64,000 nt of DNA from a virus (Duplodnaviria > Caudoviricetes): positions 4,424-68,423 of IMG/VR virus record IMGVR_UViG_3300037400_002919; one strand, 5' to 3'. Both the position numbers and the translations under genes were made by a program. The notes under the pieces are model-generated. The model was not told the DNA's origin. It did not search any database and saw only the letters and a list, made by a program, of their open reading frames with translations. Positions within the stretch are counted from its first letter, which is position 1. The number at the start of each line of letters is the position of its first letter. Positions 39,544 through 49,748 of this stretch are shown one piece after another.

Positions 39544-39544
39544 A

Positions 39545-40456
39545 TTACTGTCCTCCTGCTTTAGCGTAGAAGCCACAGGCGTTGGCAAAAGCAAAGTTCT
39601 GATGTAACTCGACACAAGGAATAGACTGCTTTAAGTATTTTTCTACGTAAGCTGCACCGCCACCTACCAAGATGATACGGTCTAACTCGTTGTAATTCCA
39701 TGCTAATCTACGAAGTTCTGTCTCGATTTTCTCAGCAAATTCCTTGAAAAAAGGCTCTGCAATCTCGGCAATCTCAGGGCGTTTAGCAATCCTATCTGCC
39801 ACCTGATAGTCAGGGATTTCATAACCCAACTTTGTGTTTACTGCCTTGATAATATTCTGATAGACAAAGGAACATCCAAGGGTATCATAAGAGCGGCTAC
39901 GATTATCTACTTCGATGCCGTCAGAATACCACGCAACGTCAATAGTTTTCTGTCCAATATCAATAATACCGATAACGCTGCTCTCTACATCCTCGTACTC
40001 TGCTAACTCGTCAAATACTGCAATACCCTGCGGGAAAACAGAAACCTTTGAGATAACAACCTTACGAGGAATGCCGTTATAAACGAACTCATAAGTACCA
40101 GCGAAGCTCTCGAACTGAGAAGCCATATTCATATCTCCGATAGGGAGTCCCAAGGCAACTTCGGTAGTTACGTCTCCGCTTGCAATTCGAGAAATGGCAG
40201 TCAGTATGCAGAGCTTGTGACGAAGCATATCGTTCTTATCAAATGCTGATTCGCCCTCTTTGATAACGGCATACTTCCCCATGAAATATCTCTTACCGTC
40301 AATCTCGATATGGGAATAGTCTCCACGCTGATTCTCCTGATAAGGGGAGCTTGTTTCTAAATAAACAGAATGGAAGCCAGTGACAACAGCCTTGCCGTCT
40401 TTAACTCCTGCGTAAGCCTTTGTGATTCCGTAACCTACGTCAATTCCAATAATCAT
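39545..40456 (-). CDS. parM: ParM/StbA actin-like partition ATPase
   Basis: IGIDVGYGITK, GLPI, VFPQG, IIDIGQKTID, LVGGGA, ANACG actin-fold motifs. Confidence 0.9.
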   Translation of the reverse strand: MIIGIDVGYGITKAYAGVKDGKAVVTGFHSVYLETSSPYQENQRGDYSHIEIDGKRYFMGKYAVIKEGESAFDKNDMLRHKLCILTAISRIASGDVTTEVALGLPIGDMNMASQFESFAGTYEFVYNGIPRKVVISKVSVFPQGIAVFDELAEYEDVESSVIGIIDIGQKTIDVAWYSDGIEVDNRSRSYDTLGCSFVYQNIIKAVNTKLGYEIPDYQVADRIAKRPEIAEIAEPFFKEFAEKIETELRRLAWNYNELDRIILVGGGAAYVEKYLKQSIPCVELHQNFAFANACGFYAKAGGQ

Positions 40457-40470
40457 ACCTTTAATCTCCT

Positions 40471-40544
40471 TTAACTAATTATTAATTAATTAACACTTAA
40501 TCATTAACTAATCACATTATAACACATAATTAATCGTTTGTCAA
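40471..40544 (-). promoter_or_regulatory. parMR promoter with parC-like AT-rich repeats
   Basis: TTGACA (40544-39)-N17-TATAAT (40521-16) on the minus strand; repeated TTAA(C/T)TAAT units between promoter and SD. Confidence 0.7.
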
Positions 40545-40646
40545 GCAAAAAAGAAGGAGCTGTAAAAACAGCCCCAAATAGAAATAATAATTAGAAAAGG
40601 ATGATATTATATGTATCACTCAATTAAATAAGTGATAGGAAATCCA

Positions 40647-41717
40647 TTATAAGAAATCAAGTAAATCATGAAATTTACTTTGTCCAGCATAATCCTCTTG
40701 AATGGCTTTGACAAGTAATGCTGGTTTTATCTTGCCACGCTGACGGAGCATCTTTATGTTTCGGTTAACAATAGTTACTCCGTATTTTTTTACGAGATTG
40801 TCGCACATCGGCATATCGACACCGAGGGCGAATAAATCCCTTCCTGCGACAGTTTCCTCTGTATGGTCTAACATTGATGTGATGTTATGACTTTCGAGAT
40901 AAAACGCCACCCGCCTATTTTTCTGAATTTCCTCACTCTTTTGGTGGACAATTTTCCTGTCGTTTTCTCTCCATACGCTCTCAGGGACTTTAGCAACGAA
41001 CTCAGCCCCTACGACACGCCTACCAGACTTTTCGTAGTTTACAGAGATGATTTCAAAGCCTGTTTCGTCCTTATGGGAGTTAATATCCTCGACCGCTTTT
41101 TCGAGGACATATTTTTTTAAATCTGTCCACCGATTGTACTCTGGCGCACCGAGAAATTCTCCAATTACAGACTTGTCTATATATCTCTTGACAAGCCCTG
41201 TTTTCGTCAACTTTCCATCTTTTCCAATCTGAGGGAAAAGGCAGATAGTCTCGATAAGGTTTCTGGCATACTCACTGTTCATTTTGAGCAGCAAGTCTTG
41301 CGGGATTCTCGTGTAAGCCTTGTCGTCTAAAACTAGGAGGTATGGAATGAGAAACGGATTTAATTGTATGACAAAACCTTTTTCGTTTTTTGTATAGTGA
41401 GACAGCCAGTTATAATAGCTTTTCCCTTCTGGAGTAATTAACTGTGCTTGGGTTTTCATCAGTCTTTTTAACTGTTCTTCTGCCCTGTCCATCCAGACCC
41501 AAATCTGGGAGGGAGGAATTTTAAGTTTATCCATGACTTCCTCCTTTGTTATCTCGATTCGTCCAAATTCAGAGTCATAGTTCTTGCTGCCTTTGAGTTT
41601 CGGGTTTAGTTTGTCAAGCACTAAGTAATAAATGCTCGAAGAATGGATGCCCTCAAAATCCCTTCTGCTTTTCAATTCTTGCAGTAAAGCGTTGGCTTGG
41701 TATATCATTCCATTCAC
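40647..41717 (-). CDS. rep: Plasmid replication initiator, Rep_3 (RepB-like) family
   Basis: QANALL, YYLVL.KL, FVIQLNPFLIPYL..L...YT, SEYA..L, DLKK.VL..AV.DIN, EKSGRRVVG; GTG 41717 has SD AGGAGG (track start 41738). Confidence 0.88.
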   Translation of the reverse strand: MNGMIYQANALLQELKSRRDFEGIHSSSIYYLVLDKLNPKLKGSKNYDSEFGRIEITKEEVMDKLKIPPSQIWVWMDRAEEQLKRLMKTQAQLITPEGKSYYNWLSHYTKNEKGFVIQLNPFLIPYLLVLDDKAYTRIPQDLLLKMNSEYARNLIETICLFPQIGKDGKLTKTGLVKRYIDKSVIGEFLGAPEYNRWTDLKKYVLEKAVEDINSHKDETGFEIISVNYEKSGRRVVGAEFVAKVPESVWRENDRKIVHQKSEEIQKNRRVAFYLESHNITSMLDHTEETVAGRDLFALGVDMPMCDNLVKKYGVTIVNRNIKMLRQRGKIKPALLVKAIQEDYAGQSKFHDLLDFL

Positions 41718-41745
41718 TTTTACCAACCTCCTTTTCAATGTCTAT

Positions 41746-41774
41746 ATTCTACATTCATTTTTTACAAATGTCAA
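41746..41774 (-). promoter_or_regulatory. rep promoter
   Basis: TTGACA-N17-TAGAAT on the minus strand. Confidence 0.7.
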
Positions 41775-41816
41775 CACTTTTTGTTAATTATATATAAATT
41801 TTTTCTTATTTTCCCA

Positions 41817-42108
41817 CAACAATTGCTCCACATATCACAACATTTGCTCCACATATTAATGATTTTTTACACTTATTTTTCACAAATGTAAGTGAATTTT
41901 ATTCACACCTGTGGATATATATGTGGATATTTATCTGTGGATAACTATGTTGATAACTAGCTAAAACCTGTGGATAAATACTGATAATGATAATCACGCT
42001 CACAACATTTCCTCCACATATTAACAACATTTCCTCCACATATCGGGGGTATTAGTCAAAAGGTCAACAACATTTCCTCCACATATTTGCAACAATTGCT
42101 CCACATAT
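41817..42108. repeat. Plasmid origin: six 19-bp iterons plus DnaA boxes
   Basis: CAACA(A/T)TT(G/C)CTCCACATAT at 41817, 41838, 42003, 42025, 42068, 42090 (pairs 21-22 bp apart); TGTGGATAA at 41936 and 41969; TGTGGATAT at 41910 and 41922; TTATTCACA at 41899; AT-rich flank. Confidence 0.9.
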
Positions 42109-42579
42109 CGACCTCAAAAATCCCTCAACCACAGGGCTTCCAGAGCCTCCTTAGCATTAAGCATATACTACAAGCAATACTAAGCATAGGGAAATGCTAC
42201 TCCTACTAAATCACTAGGCTTTTCTAATTTGCTACAAAGTCCTCTTTATTTTTTTGTGAAAGCACGAAGTAAAATTAACCTATCTTGATGCAAATCAACC
42301 GTGACTGATACAAATCGCTGTATAAACACAGAGGAAAATTCAAATCTCTGTCGAGATTCAAATTTTAGGTTATTTAGCACTAATCGAAAGGTTAAGGGTA
42401 CGGATATATTATTACGATAGCCATAGAATTAACGAGAATGCCACTAGATTGAACGATAACAATTTTTAGGTATAAAACCATTAAGAGGTGTTTTTCAAAC
42501 GCATACAGGGCAAATACGGAGCAATTCACTTATTTTTCATACAATCTGCAAAATAAATAAAAAAATAACTAAATTTTAC

Positions 42580-42609
42580 TTGACAAAAGGTATTGTCCTA
42601 TAATATAAT
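42580..42609 (+). promoter_or_regulatory. Consensus promoter of the replication operon
   Basis: TTGACA-N18-TATAAT ending 6 bp before ATG 42616. Confidence 0.7.
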
Positions 42610-42615
42610 AGTATC

Positions 42616-43281
42616 ATGGACAAAGGAAGTTTATTTTCTAGGCTCAGTCTGCCATTCCCAGCTTCTCGTTTAGAGTGGCGTATTGGAAGAAAGACTGCTA
42701 GTGGTAAGGGCTTTATGTTCCCTTATGTTACAAGTCGTGGCATCATGGAACGGCTTGATGATGTTTTTGGAGCAGATGGCTGGTCTGCTAGTTATACTGC
42801 CATTGAAGGTGGTTTTTTGTGTACTCTGGGTTGTTGCGTGAACAAGGAGAAGGATTGCTGGGTTCACAAACAAGACGGAGCTGGCAGGACAGACGTAGAA
42901 CCTGTGAAGGGTGGCATCTCTGGGGCGTTAAAGAGAGCTGCTGTTGCGTGGGGTATCGGAAGGTATCTTTACGAATTGCCACAGGTATTGGTCGACCTCG
43001 AAGATGGAAAATATTTTAAGGGCAAGATTATTCTTCCTGACGAGTTTCTTCCTGAAAGCGAAAGGACTGGCAACAACGAAATCAAAGTTGTTTACGACAA
43101 CCAAGCTCCTGAAATGACCTACGAAGAAGCAAGCGAGGTTGTTCTCGAAAAGGACAAGTTCAATGCTGGTAAGAAAATGAAGGATATTCCCACAAAGAGT
43201 CTGTCATACATAGCGAACAGTAAGTTTGTTTCCGCAACAGAACGAGCTGCCGCTAGAATTGTATTAGAGCAGAGAGCGTAA
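42616..43281 (+). CDS. Rad52/22-family (Sak-like) single-strand annealing protein
   Basis: LEWRIG ... YVTSR.IMERLDDVFGADGW ... KQDGAG ... KGGISGALKRAAVAWGIGRYLY. Confidence 0.92.
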   Translation: MDKGSLFSRLSLPFPASRLEWRIGRKTASGKGFMFPYVTSRGIMERLDDVFGADGWSASYTAIEGGFLCTLGCCVNKEKDCWVHKQDGAGRTDVEPVKGGISGALKRAAVAWGIGRYLYELPQVLVDLEDGKYFKGKIILPDEFLPESERTGNNEIKVVYDNQAPEMTYEEASEVVLEKDKFNAGKKMKDIPTKSLSYIANSKFVSATERAAARIVLEQRA

Positions 43282-43305
43282 GGGAGAAGTAATCTCCCTT
43301 TTTTT
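43281..43305 (+). terminator. Intrinsic terminator
   Basis: AGGGAGA-agtaa-TCTCCCT followed by a T run. Confidence 0.75.
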
Positions 43306-43310
43306 GTGTT

Positions 43311-43661
43311 ATGACAATAAAAGAATATTTAGCAAAAGCTGATAACGTCCAGCTAGATAAATGTGCTAAGTTATACGTGATTAAGTCAGGTCAAATATTG
43401 TATGAAAAACGTGGGAAGTACAGCCGACCTACCCCAGCTTATTTTAAAGCGAGAGCTTATTTTAAGTCAATTCCTGCTCAAAGTATTATTAATATTTGGA
43501 TTTACCTGAGCGAAGTTGACAAACCAGTATTCCTGTATAACCTTGAAGCGGAATCAAAAGAATTTGTTCGCAAAAAGCAAATCGAAGAAGAAGCTAAGAA
43601 ACAAAAAGAACTTAGTACAGGAAACCATGCTTACAATTTGGAGGATTTTTTAAATGATTGA
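43311..43661 (+). CDS. Hypothetical replication-module protein
   Basis: Coupled to the primase-helicase. Confidence 0.55.
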   Translation: MTIKEYLAKADNVQLDKCAKLYVIKSGQILYEKRGKYSRPTPAYFKARAYFKSIPAQSIINIWIYLSEVDKPVFLYNLEAESKEFVRKKQIEEEAKKQKELSTGNHAYNLEDFLND

Positions 43662-45609
43662 GCATATCATATCTCAAATTGACCTCGTGGACTATGCGGA
43701 GAAGTTCACAGAATTAACCCCGACTGGCGACACATACCGTGGCGTTTGCCCTATTTGTAAGCACGATAACAATACAGAGTTCGTAGTCTACAATCATCGA
43801 ACTTATCACTGTTGGGCTTGCGGAAAAAGCGGAGATGCTATTAATTTAGTCAGGGATATTAATCAGGTTGATTTTTTTACAGCAGTCGAGAAGATTGCTG
43901 ATGAATTAAACATTGACGTTAAGCACAATCCTGAGTACAAAGAAAAGAAAAAGATTGTTAGCGAATTGCAGGAAAAGCTAGTTGATTTTGAGAAAAATAT
44001 TAACTCGGTAAAAGGCTATCTTACCGATGAACGCAAACTGGAAGAAGAAACTATTCAGGCGTATCATTTGGGAGCAAATAACGGAAATGTAGTTATCCCT
44101 TTTATTAACGACAACGGCTTATATATCGGCTATGCCGTCAGACGGTTTGAGGGAGCGAAATACCTCAACTCCAAAAACAGTTCTATCTTTACCAAATCAG
44201 AATTTCTTTACGGCATGAGACAAGCGAAAGAGAAATTATCTAACGAGCTGTACCTTGTCGAAGGCTATTTCTGCGTGATGTCTCTGTACCAGATGGGCAA
44301 GGCAGCGGTAGCTTATAACAGTAGTCAGCCTACGAAGCAGCAGTTAAGCAAAATCTCCAAAATGGCTGAGTCAAATCCTGAATTGACCGTTATCCTTGTC
44401 CCTGATAATGATAACGTGGCTCGAAGTCTACTCCCTAAGGTCAGGTCTAACGTCTTAAAGTATTGTCCGAAGGTAGCTTTCGAAATAATTCAGCTTCCAA
44501 AGGGAATCAAGGACGTAAACGAACTCCTTGTGGCTGGCGGAAATATTGACGAATGCTCTAAACGGTCTTTAGATTTGGCTGCTCTCGAAGTAGCATTGGA
44601 GAAATGCAATAGCATTCAGGCAGAAAGAAAGATAGCAGAGAAATTTTCAAAGAGCGTAACTGATGAATTGGTTCTGGTCGATATAGCTAAATATCTTGCC
44701 GACAGGTGGCTAATCGAAGAAAGAATTGTTCGTGATTTCCTTCACGTCTCAGCCAGCGGAGAAGATGTTGACGAGGACTTCAAAGACGTAGACCGTTGCA
44801 TTGATGATGCCTTTAAACTGATTTCCCAAACTCCCATAGAATACGGATTTAGTCCTTTAGATAATGGCATCAATGGTGGAGCTAGACTCAAAGACGTAAC
44901 TTTTATTGGCGGTTATTCAAGCGTAGGTAAGACAGCTCTTATCGTCCAGATGTGCTTAGATATGGTCGTAAGGCAGAAGCTAAACGCCTTGTTCTTTTCT
45001 CTCGAGATGGATGCAGGAGCGTTATACGAGCGTATCATCGCTATGCTTCTCGAAAAGCCTGTTAGCGTTGTTGACGATATGATAAAAAATCATAGTCCTA
45101 TAATATATTCTATTAAGAAGAAGCTGGACAACAGGTTGTTTATCGTAGACAAGAACTCCCTGACGATTGCTGAGATTGATAACTATATCAAGATTGCCAA
45201 TGCGAAGATTTTTGATAAAGGCGTAAATGTGGTCTTTATTGACTATATCCAGTACATGAAGAATTGCTCTGAGTATTCTGTTCTTGCGGAAACGGCTAAA
45301 GGAATGAAGCCGCTTGCTAAATCGAACAATACTCACGTAATAGTATTATCTCAGTTAAACCGTGGCTCTCGCATCTGGGAAAAACCTACAATGGCTGACA
45401 TGAAGGGTGGCGGTGACTTAGAAGCATCTGCCGATAATATCTTCCTTCTCTGGCGACCAAGCCTGAACCCTGAACTGTCTCCGCAGGAATACGAGGTTGT
45501 AAAAAATGAACTCATGGTCGGGATTGATAAAGCGAGACGAGGTTCGAAAATTAAAGAAGTAAAACTGGTTTTCGACAACAAAACTAATAGGTATTTATTA
45601 CCACAATAA
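43654..45609 (+). CDS. Primase-helicase fusion (CHC2 zinc finger, TOPRIM, DnaB-type helicase)
   Basis: CPICKH...CWAC; KYLNS; LVEGYF; PDND; GGYSSVGKT; FFSLEM; VFIDYIQ; LSQLNR; GGGDLEASAD. Confidence 0.92.
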   Translation: MIEHIISQIDLVDYAEKFTELTPTGDTYRGVCPICKHDNNTEFVVYNHRTYHCWACGKSGDAINLVRDINQVDFFTAVEKIADELNIDVKHNPEYKEKKKIVSELQEKLVDFEKNINSVKGYLTDERKLEEETIQAYHLGANNGNVVIPFINDNGLYIGYAVRRFEGAKYLNSKNSSIFTKSEFLYGMRQAKEKLSNELYLVEGYFCVMSLYQMGKAAVAYNSSQPTKQQLSKISKMAESNPELTVILVPDNDNVARSLLPKVRSNVLKYCPKVAFEIIQLPKGIKDVNELLVAGGNIDECSKRSLDLAALEVALEKCNSIQAERKIAEKFSKSVTDELVLVDIAKYLADRWLIEERIVRDFLHVSASGEDVDEDFKDVDRCIDDAFKLISQTPIEYGFSPLDNGINGGARLKDVTFIGGYSSVGKTALIVQMCLDMVVRQKLNALFFSLEMDAGALYERIIAMLLEKPVSVVDDMIKNHSPIIYSIKKKLDNRLFIVDKNSLTIAEIDNYIKIANAKIFDKGVNVVFIDYIQYMKNCSEYSVLAETAKGMKPLAKSNNTHVIVLSQLNRGSRIWEKPTMADMKGGGDLEASADNIFLLWRPSLNPELSPQEYEVVKNELMVGIDKARRGSKIKEVKLVFDNKTNRYLLPQ

Positions 45610-45660
45610 TAACATAATAATCATTAATTAATTAATGATTAGTTAATAGCTAATTAAGAG

Positions 45661-46569
45661 GTGATTAACATTCCATACAGTAAATTCATATGCCCTGACG
45701 GGGAGACTTGCGAAATTGAAAAGTGCCTTGAAAGATGCCGAATCGAAGGGGATTTTAGTGCAGGAAGATGCCTTAGCCACAGAACTTTAACTGCTATATC
45801 TGAACAGAGAAAATGGAGGGGAACTCCCTCTGCGACTCAGCTTTTAGGAGGAATCAGAGAAGCCTACCTTAAAATAACCAAGGACTATCCTTTAGACCCT
45901 CAAAGTAGCATCTTCGCTCTGTTCGGGACAGGCTGTCACGCTTTTTTAGAGAGCTATCTCGAAAACGAAAAAATGATTGTAGAAAAACGGCTTACTGACC
46001 CTACTGGAACTTACAGCGGTCAGTTTGATTGCTATGATGGCAAGAGAAAAATCCTCTATGACGTAAAGACCTATGGTAGCTTTAAGACAGCTAAATTACT
46101 CGGACTTGTCAAAAATAAAGAAGTCATGTATGACGAGAACGGAAAAGTTAGAAAGTACAGGAACGGAAAGACTATGTACAAGACGTGGTTTTCTATTGGG
46201 CATAGGGGTGTTTTTGATGTGGCTGTTCAGCTAAATGCTTATCGGCTCATGGTAGAGAACGCTGGTTATCCTGTCGAGGATATGCAAGTCGAAGTATTTA
46301 CTCGTGATGCAGGAACTTTCTCAGCTCGTGACAGAGGTATTTTCACCAACGCCCAGTTGGTTCGCATTGGTAAAATCTCAGACCATTGGGTTCAGAAATT
46401 TTTCTTAACCAAGGCAAAAAGACTGAAAGAAGCTATCGAAAAAAAGGAATTACCGCCAGTATGTTCGTATCGTGAGCGGTGGGGAGACAGAAAGTGCGAA
46501 GGGTATTGTCCTGTCTGGATGCACTGTGACTACGGAAGGGAAATACATAACAATAAAAAAGGAGAATAA
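45661..46569 (+). CDS. Cas4-like PD-(D/E)XK exonuclease
   Basis: SATQL, GTGCH, GQFD, LYDVKT, QLNAY, C-terminal C...CEGYCPV..C cluster. Confidence 0.75.
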   Translation: MINIPYSKFICPDGETCEIEKCLERCRIEGDFSAGRCLSHRTLTAISEQRKWRGTPSATQLLGGIREAYLKITKDYPLDPQSSIFALFGTGCHAFLESYLENEKMIVEKRLTDPTGTYSGQFDCYDGKRKILYDVKTYGSFKTAKLLGLVKNKEVMYDENGKVRKYRNGKTMYKTWFSIGHRGVFDVAVQLNAYRLMVENAGYPVEDMQVEVFTRDAGTFSARDRGIFTNAQLVRIGKISDHWVQKFFLTKAKRLKEAIEKKELPPVCSYRERWGDRKCEGYCPVWMHCDYGREIHNNKKGE

Positions 46570-46574
46570 ATAAT

Positions 46575-47171
46575 ATGACACACGTTGAATTAATTAAGGA
46601 ATTTAAGAAGATTAATGGCTGCACTTTACAGGAATTTGCTGATTCCTGCTTAAAGAACAATATTCCAGAGCATACCAAGGTTGAATTTAGCGTTTTTAAC
46701 GCTGCTTCAAACGGTGATATGCAGATTATCTACAAGGGTAATTTCTACGCTCCTGCTGTCGCTTCTGGCACAAAGGAGTACATTGTAGTTTCTTTTGGAG
46801 AGAGAGGTATTTTTGATTACAATTTCGACAGAACCCTTTCAAACGAGGAAATTATTGCCGACTTAGAGGAAAAGTGGGACAGTCTCATGCGTAAGAAGTT
46901 TACTACTCTGCCAAATCACTGGCTGATTTCCGTAAACTATGTAGCGATGGGTATTAACGGAGACTACGAGTAATTGACTAAACAAAAGCTAGTCGAGAAA
47001 TATTTTCTTCGTCCTGCTTTCTTAAACAAAAGTTTCAGCGGGAAAAGAAAAAGGCAGAAAAAGACTGCTTTAAAACAAATCGAGAAGGGAATATCTAATC
47101 TCAGTCTGCTTGATTATGCAAAGAATATAGCTTTCTGGACTAGGTTTTTGGAGAATAGACTTGAAAACTAA
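46575..47171 (+). CDS. Two hypothetical proteins (46575-46973; 46974-47171)
   Basis: Contiguous ORFs with SD or coupling. Confidence 0.55.
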
Positions 47172-47703
47172 AGATACTATCGCCATTGAAAAAGCTCTTA
47201 TGATTATGACAGAGCAGAATAGGACTTTCGGTTGCCCCGAAGTAACAATCGGCTGGTATGGAAACAAAAGAGTAGACTTCATGGAAACAAATACCAGAGG
47301 TCTTATTAAATGCTACGAGATTAAGGTAACAAAGAGCGATTTTCGTTCCAAACATGGGCATAACTTCGTAGGAAATTATAATTACTATGCCATGACAAAA
47401 GCCCTTTACGACAAGGTAAAAGAGGATATTCCGAAAGGAATAGGAGTTCTTGTCCTGAGCGGAAAGTTCTTGATTGTGGCAAAAAAAGCTACTTATCAGA
47501 AGATAAACAATTCTCAATCCCTTTTGTTAAACCTGATTCGCTCCATGAGTAGAGAAGTGAAGAAGTCTTTTGACAGCAAAGACCTCTCTACTTTGTCTTA
47601 TCTAAAGAGAGAAATTTCCAAACTGAAAAAATCATTGAGTTCGGCAGAAAACGAAGTTCAGGATTTACGCAGAGAAAATACAAGACTACACAGAAAAAAA
47701 TAA
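47161..47703 (+). CDS. MmcB-like PD-(D/E)XK endonuclease
   Basis: EVTIG ... RVDFM ... CYEIKVTKSDF ... NYNYY. Confidence 0.65.
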   Translation: MKTKDTIAIEKALMIMTEQNRTFGCPEVTIGWYGNKRVDFMETNTRGLIKCYEIKVTKSDFRSKHGHNFVGNYNYYAMTKALYDKVKEDIPKGIGVLVLSGKFLIVAKKATYQKINNSQSLLLNLIRSMSREVKKSFDSKDLSTLSYLKREISKLKKSLSSAENEVQDLRRENTRLHRKK

Positions 47704-47727
47704 ATTAATTAAAAATTAACAAAACTA

Positions 47728-47757
47728 TTGACATTTAATGAAAAATGTGTGTATAAT
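47728..47757 (+). promoter_or_regulatory. Consensus promoter of the nucleotide-metabolism operon
   Basis: TTGACA-N18-TATAAT with TG; implies the next gene starts at ATG 47771. Confidence 0.75.
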
Positions 47758-47770
47758 GAGGGTGGAAAAC

Positions 47771-47956
47771 ATGAAGAAAAAGAAAATAATTTATGTAAGA
47801 CAAGGAAAGAGAACCAGACAGGCGGTCTATTGTCCTAAGTGCTGTAACAAGAAATCTGCTATAAAGTATTTGGGGGATTTCGCTTACGCTGACGTTCCTT
47901 GTAGATGCAGAAATTCCGTATGGAAAAAATTAAAGGAGAGATTACGTAATGGATAA
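47771..47956 (+). CDS. Small Cys-rich (zinc ribbon) protein
   Basis: CPKCC ... CRC. Confidence 0.5.
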   Translation: MKKKKIIYVRQGKRTRQAVYCPKCCNKKSAIKYLGDFAYADVPCRCRNSVWKKLKERLRNG

Positions 47957-48569
47957 GTTAAGATTTAAGGAAGCCGCATGGAAGGCAAGTCGTATTTGTG
48001 ACGATTTGGTAAGAAACGCTGCTCCTGTCGATAAGGAACACCCTCTGGAAGCACACATGGCTAATGAAGTCGTAGCTATGATTGCTGCTCAGGCAAGAGA
48101 AGATTTTACGGATGCCCTTTTCAAAGAACTGTTTTCTTGCGAACGCAAGTTTGAAGCAATTCGTAGTGGGGCTATTATTCCTTATCGTGGTTCTAAGCAT
48201 TCTGCTTGTTATGACTTCATATCCCCAGTAAACGTAACTGTTCCTGCTGGCGGTTTTGCTACTGTTGAGACTGGTATTCGTGCAAAATTCCCTTCTGATG
48301 AAGCCTTGGTGATTTATCCACGAAGCAATATGGGTTTTAAGCACGATATTGTCCTTGTCAACGGAACTGGCATTATTGATGCAGACTATTACGGCAACCC
48401 TACTAATAACGGTGAAATCCTTATCGGCTTACGTAACCACGGCAGCGAAGATTACTTTATTCGTGCTGGCGAAAAGGTTGCTCAGGGTATGTTCGTTCAG
48501 TATGGTTTGACTGATAATGATAATGCAGATGCAGAGAGAATTGGCGGCATTGGAAGCACAGGGAAATGA
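47949..48569 (+). CDS. dut: Trimeric dUTPase with N-terminal extension
   Basis: SACYDF, PRSNMG, GIIDADYYGN, GEKVAQG, RIGGIGSTG. Confidence 0.92.
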   Translation: MDKLRFKEAAWKASRICDDLVRNAAPVDKEHPLEAHMANEVVAMIAAQAREDFTDALFKELFSCERKFEAIRSGAIIPYRGSKHSACYDFISPVNVTVPAGGFATVETGIRAKFPSDEALVIYPRSNMGFKHDIVLVNGTGIIDADYYGNPTNNGEILIGLRNHGSEDYFIRAGEKVAQGMFVQYGLTDNDNADAERIGGIGSTGK

Positions 48570-48572
48570 GAA

Positions 48573-49745
48573 ATGATTGATTTAAAATTAACAGAAGAAG
48601 AAAAAGAAATGATTCTGCTAAACAGGAAGATTGGCAAGGAAGCGGAAAAAAGAGGGGAATTAAACGACAAGTTTGTTATGATTTTTCTTATGCTGGAGGG
48701 AATCCCTTCTTCCATCGATGCTATTGACAATATGACAGCTATGTCCGTTCTGTTTTTCAGAAAGAATCCTGAATTAAAGGAAAAGTTTTTGGATTTGGCT
48801 TTCAAAATTACATCTAAAGTTGATGAATAAAATTTAGAGGGCAAGGGCATTTGCCTTTGTCCTTCTTTTTTTAAGGAGAATTATGAAAATAGTGTATTAT
48901 GGAATAGAATTAGTCATAGCTTGTCTTATCATTAGTAATTTAATGAGAATGAGCGAGTCGACAATCCCAATATTTACTTGTGTAGGGATAATCTTTTCTG
49001 CTTGTTGCATAACAATAGCAATTAATTACTTACGGAAAGCGATTTGGGAGAAATGGGACAGCCAGTCCTAGTTTGTGCCAGATGTTTTTCACGAGTAACA
49101 TATAGTAACCCTCGGTGCGACTGTGGCGATATTTTTCTTATCGACTCAAAACAGGTTTTACGCAGAGAAGGTTCTTATTATTATTTGAGTGAAAGGGACT
49201 ACTATGAAAGTAGAAACGATGGTAACGACAGAAAAAGTAGCAAGCATCCATTATATAAACGGGATAGCCGTAAACGTACACAGCTTCGTAAACGAAAAAG
49301 GAGACACAGTAATAAATATCTCCATTGAAAACGGAAGCGTGCTAGATGTTAAAATGAGACACGAAGTCGTGTCTGTAACAGCGAGGACTAAATATGGCAA
49401 GAAATGATATTATTTACGAGATAGCAAAAAGAGATATAGGAGAACAGTTTAATGAAAACCAACTTTGCATCAGATGCGGCAAGAATGCTCATGACAACTG
49501 CTACTCGATAAGAGGTCACAGAGAAGTCGCTATGTCTGGCTTTTGTGAAAAATGCTTTGATGAAATAATGAAAACAGAGGAAGATTGCGATGAAGATTCT
49601 TGAATACGAGTGCTTTAGTGATGCTAATCGCTTGTGCGATTTTGTCAATAAGCACAAAGCCAAAGTTGTTCAAATTTTATGGACAGACGGGGAGAATTAC
49701 CCATACAAGCTGTTTTACTACAAGAAGAAAATCGGAGGGATTTAG
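48573..49745 (+). CDS. Run of small hypothetical genes (48573-48830, 48883-49071, 49053-49328, 49204-49407, 49394-49603, 49590-49745)
   Basis: Closely packed ORFs with SD or overlapping starts; terminator hairpin at 48836-48872. Confidence 0.5.
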
Positions 49746-49748
49746 TCA

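Noticed and set aside
41817-42108. Repeats as a mini CRISPR array
   Set aside because: Units are 19 bp, paired with only 2-3 bp gaps, next to rep and DnaA boxes; these are iterons.
45661-46569. Cas4-like gene as part of a CRISPR-Cas system
   Set aside because: No other cas genes or array; solo Cas4-like exonucleases are common in phage replication modules.
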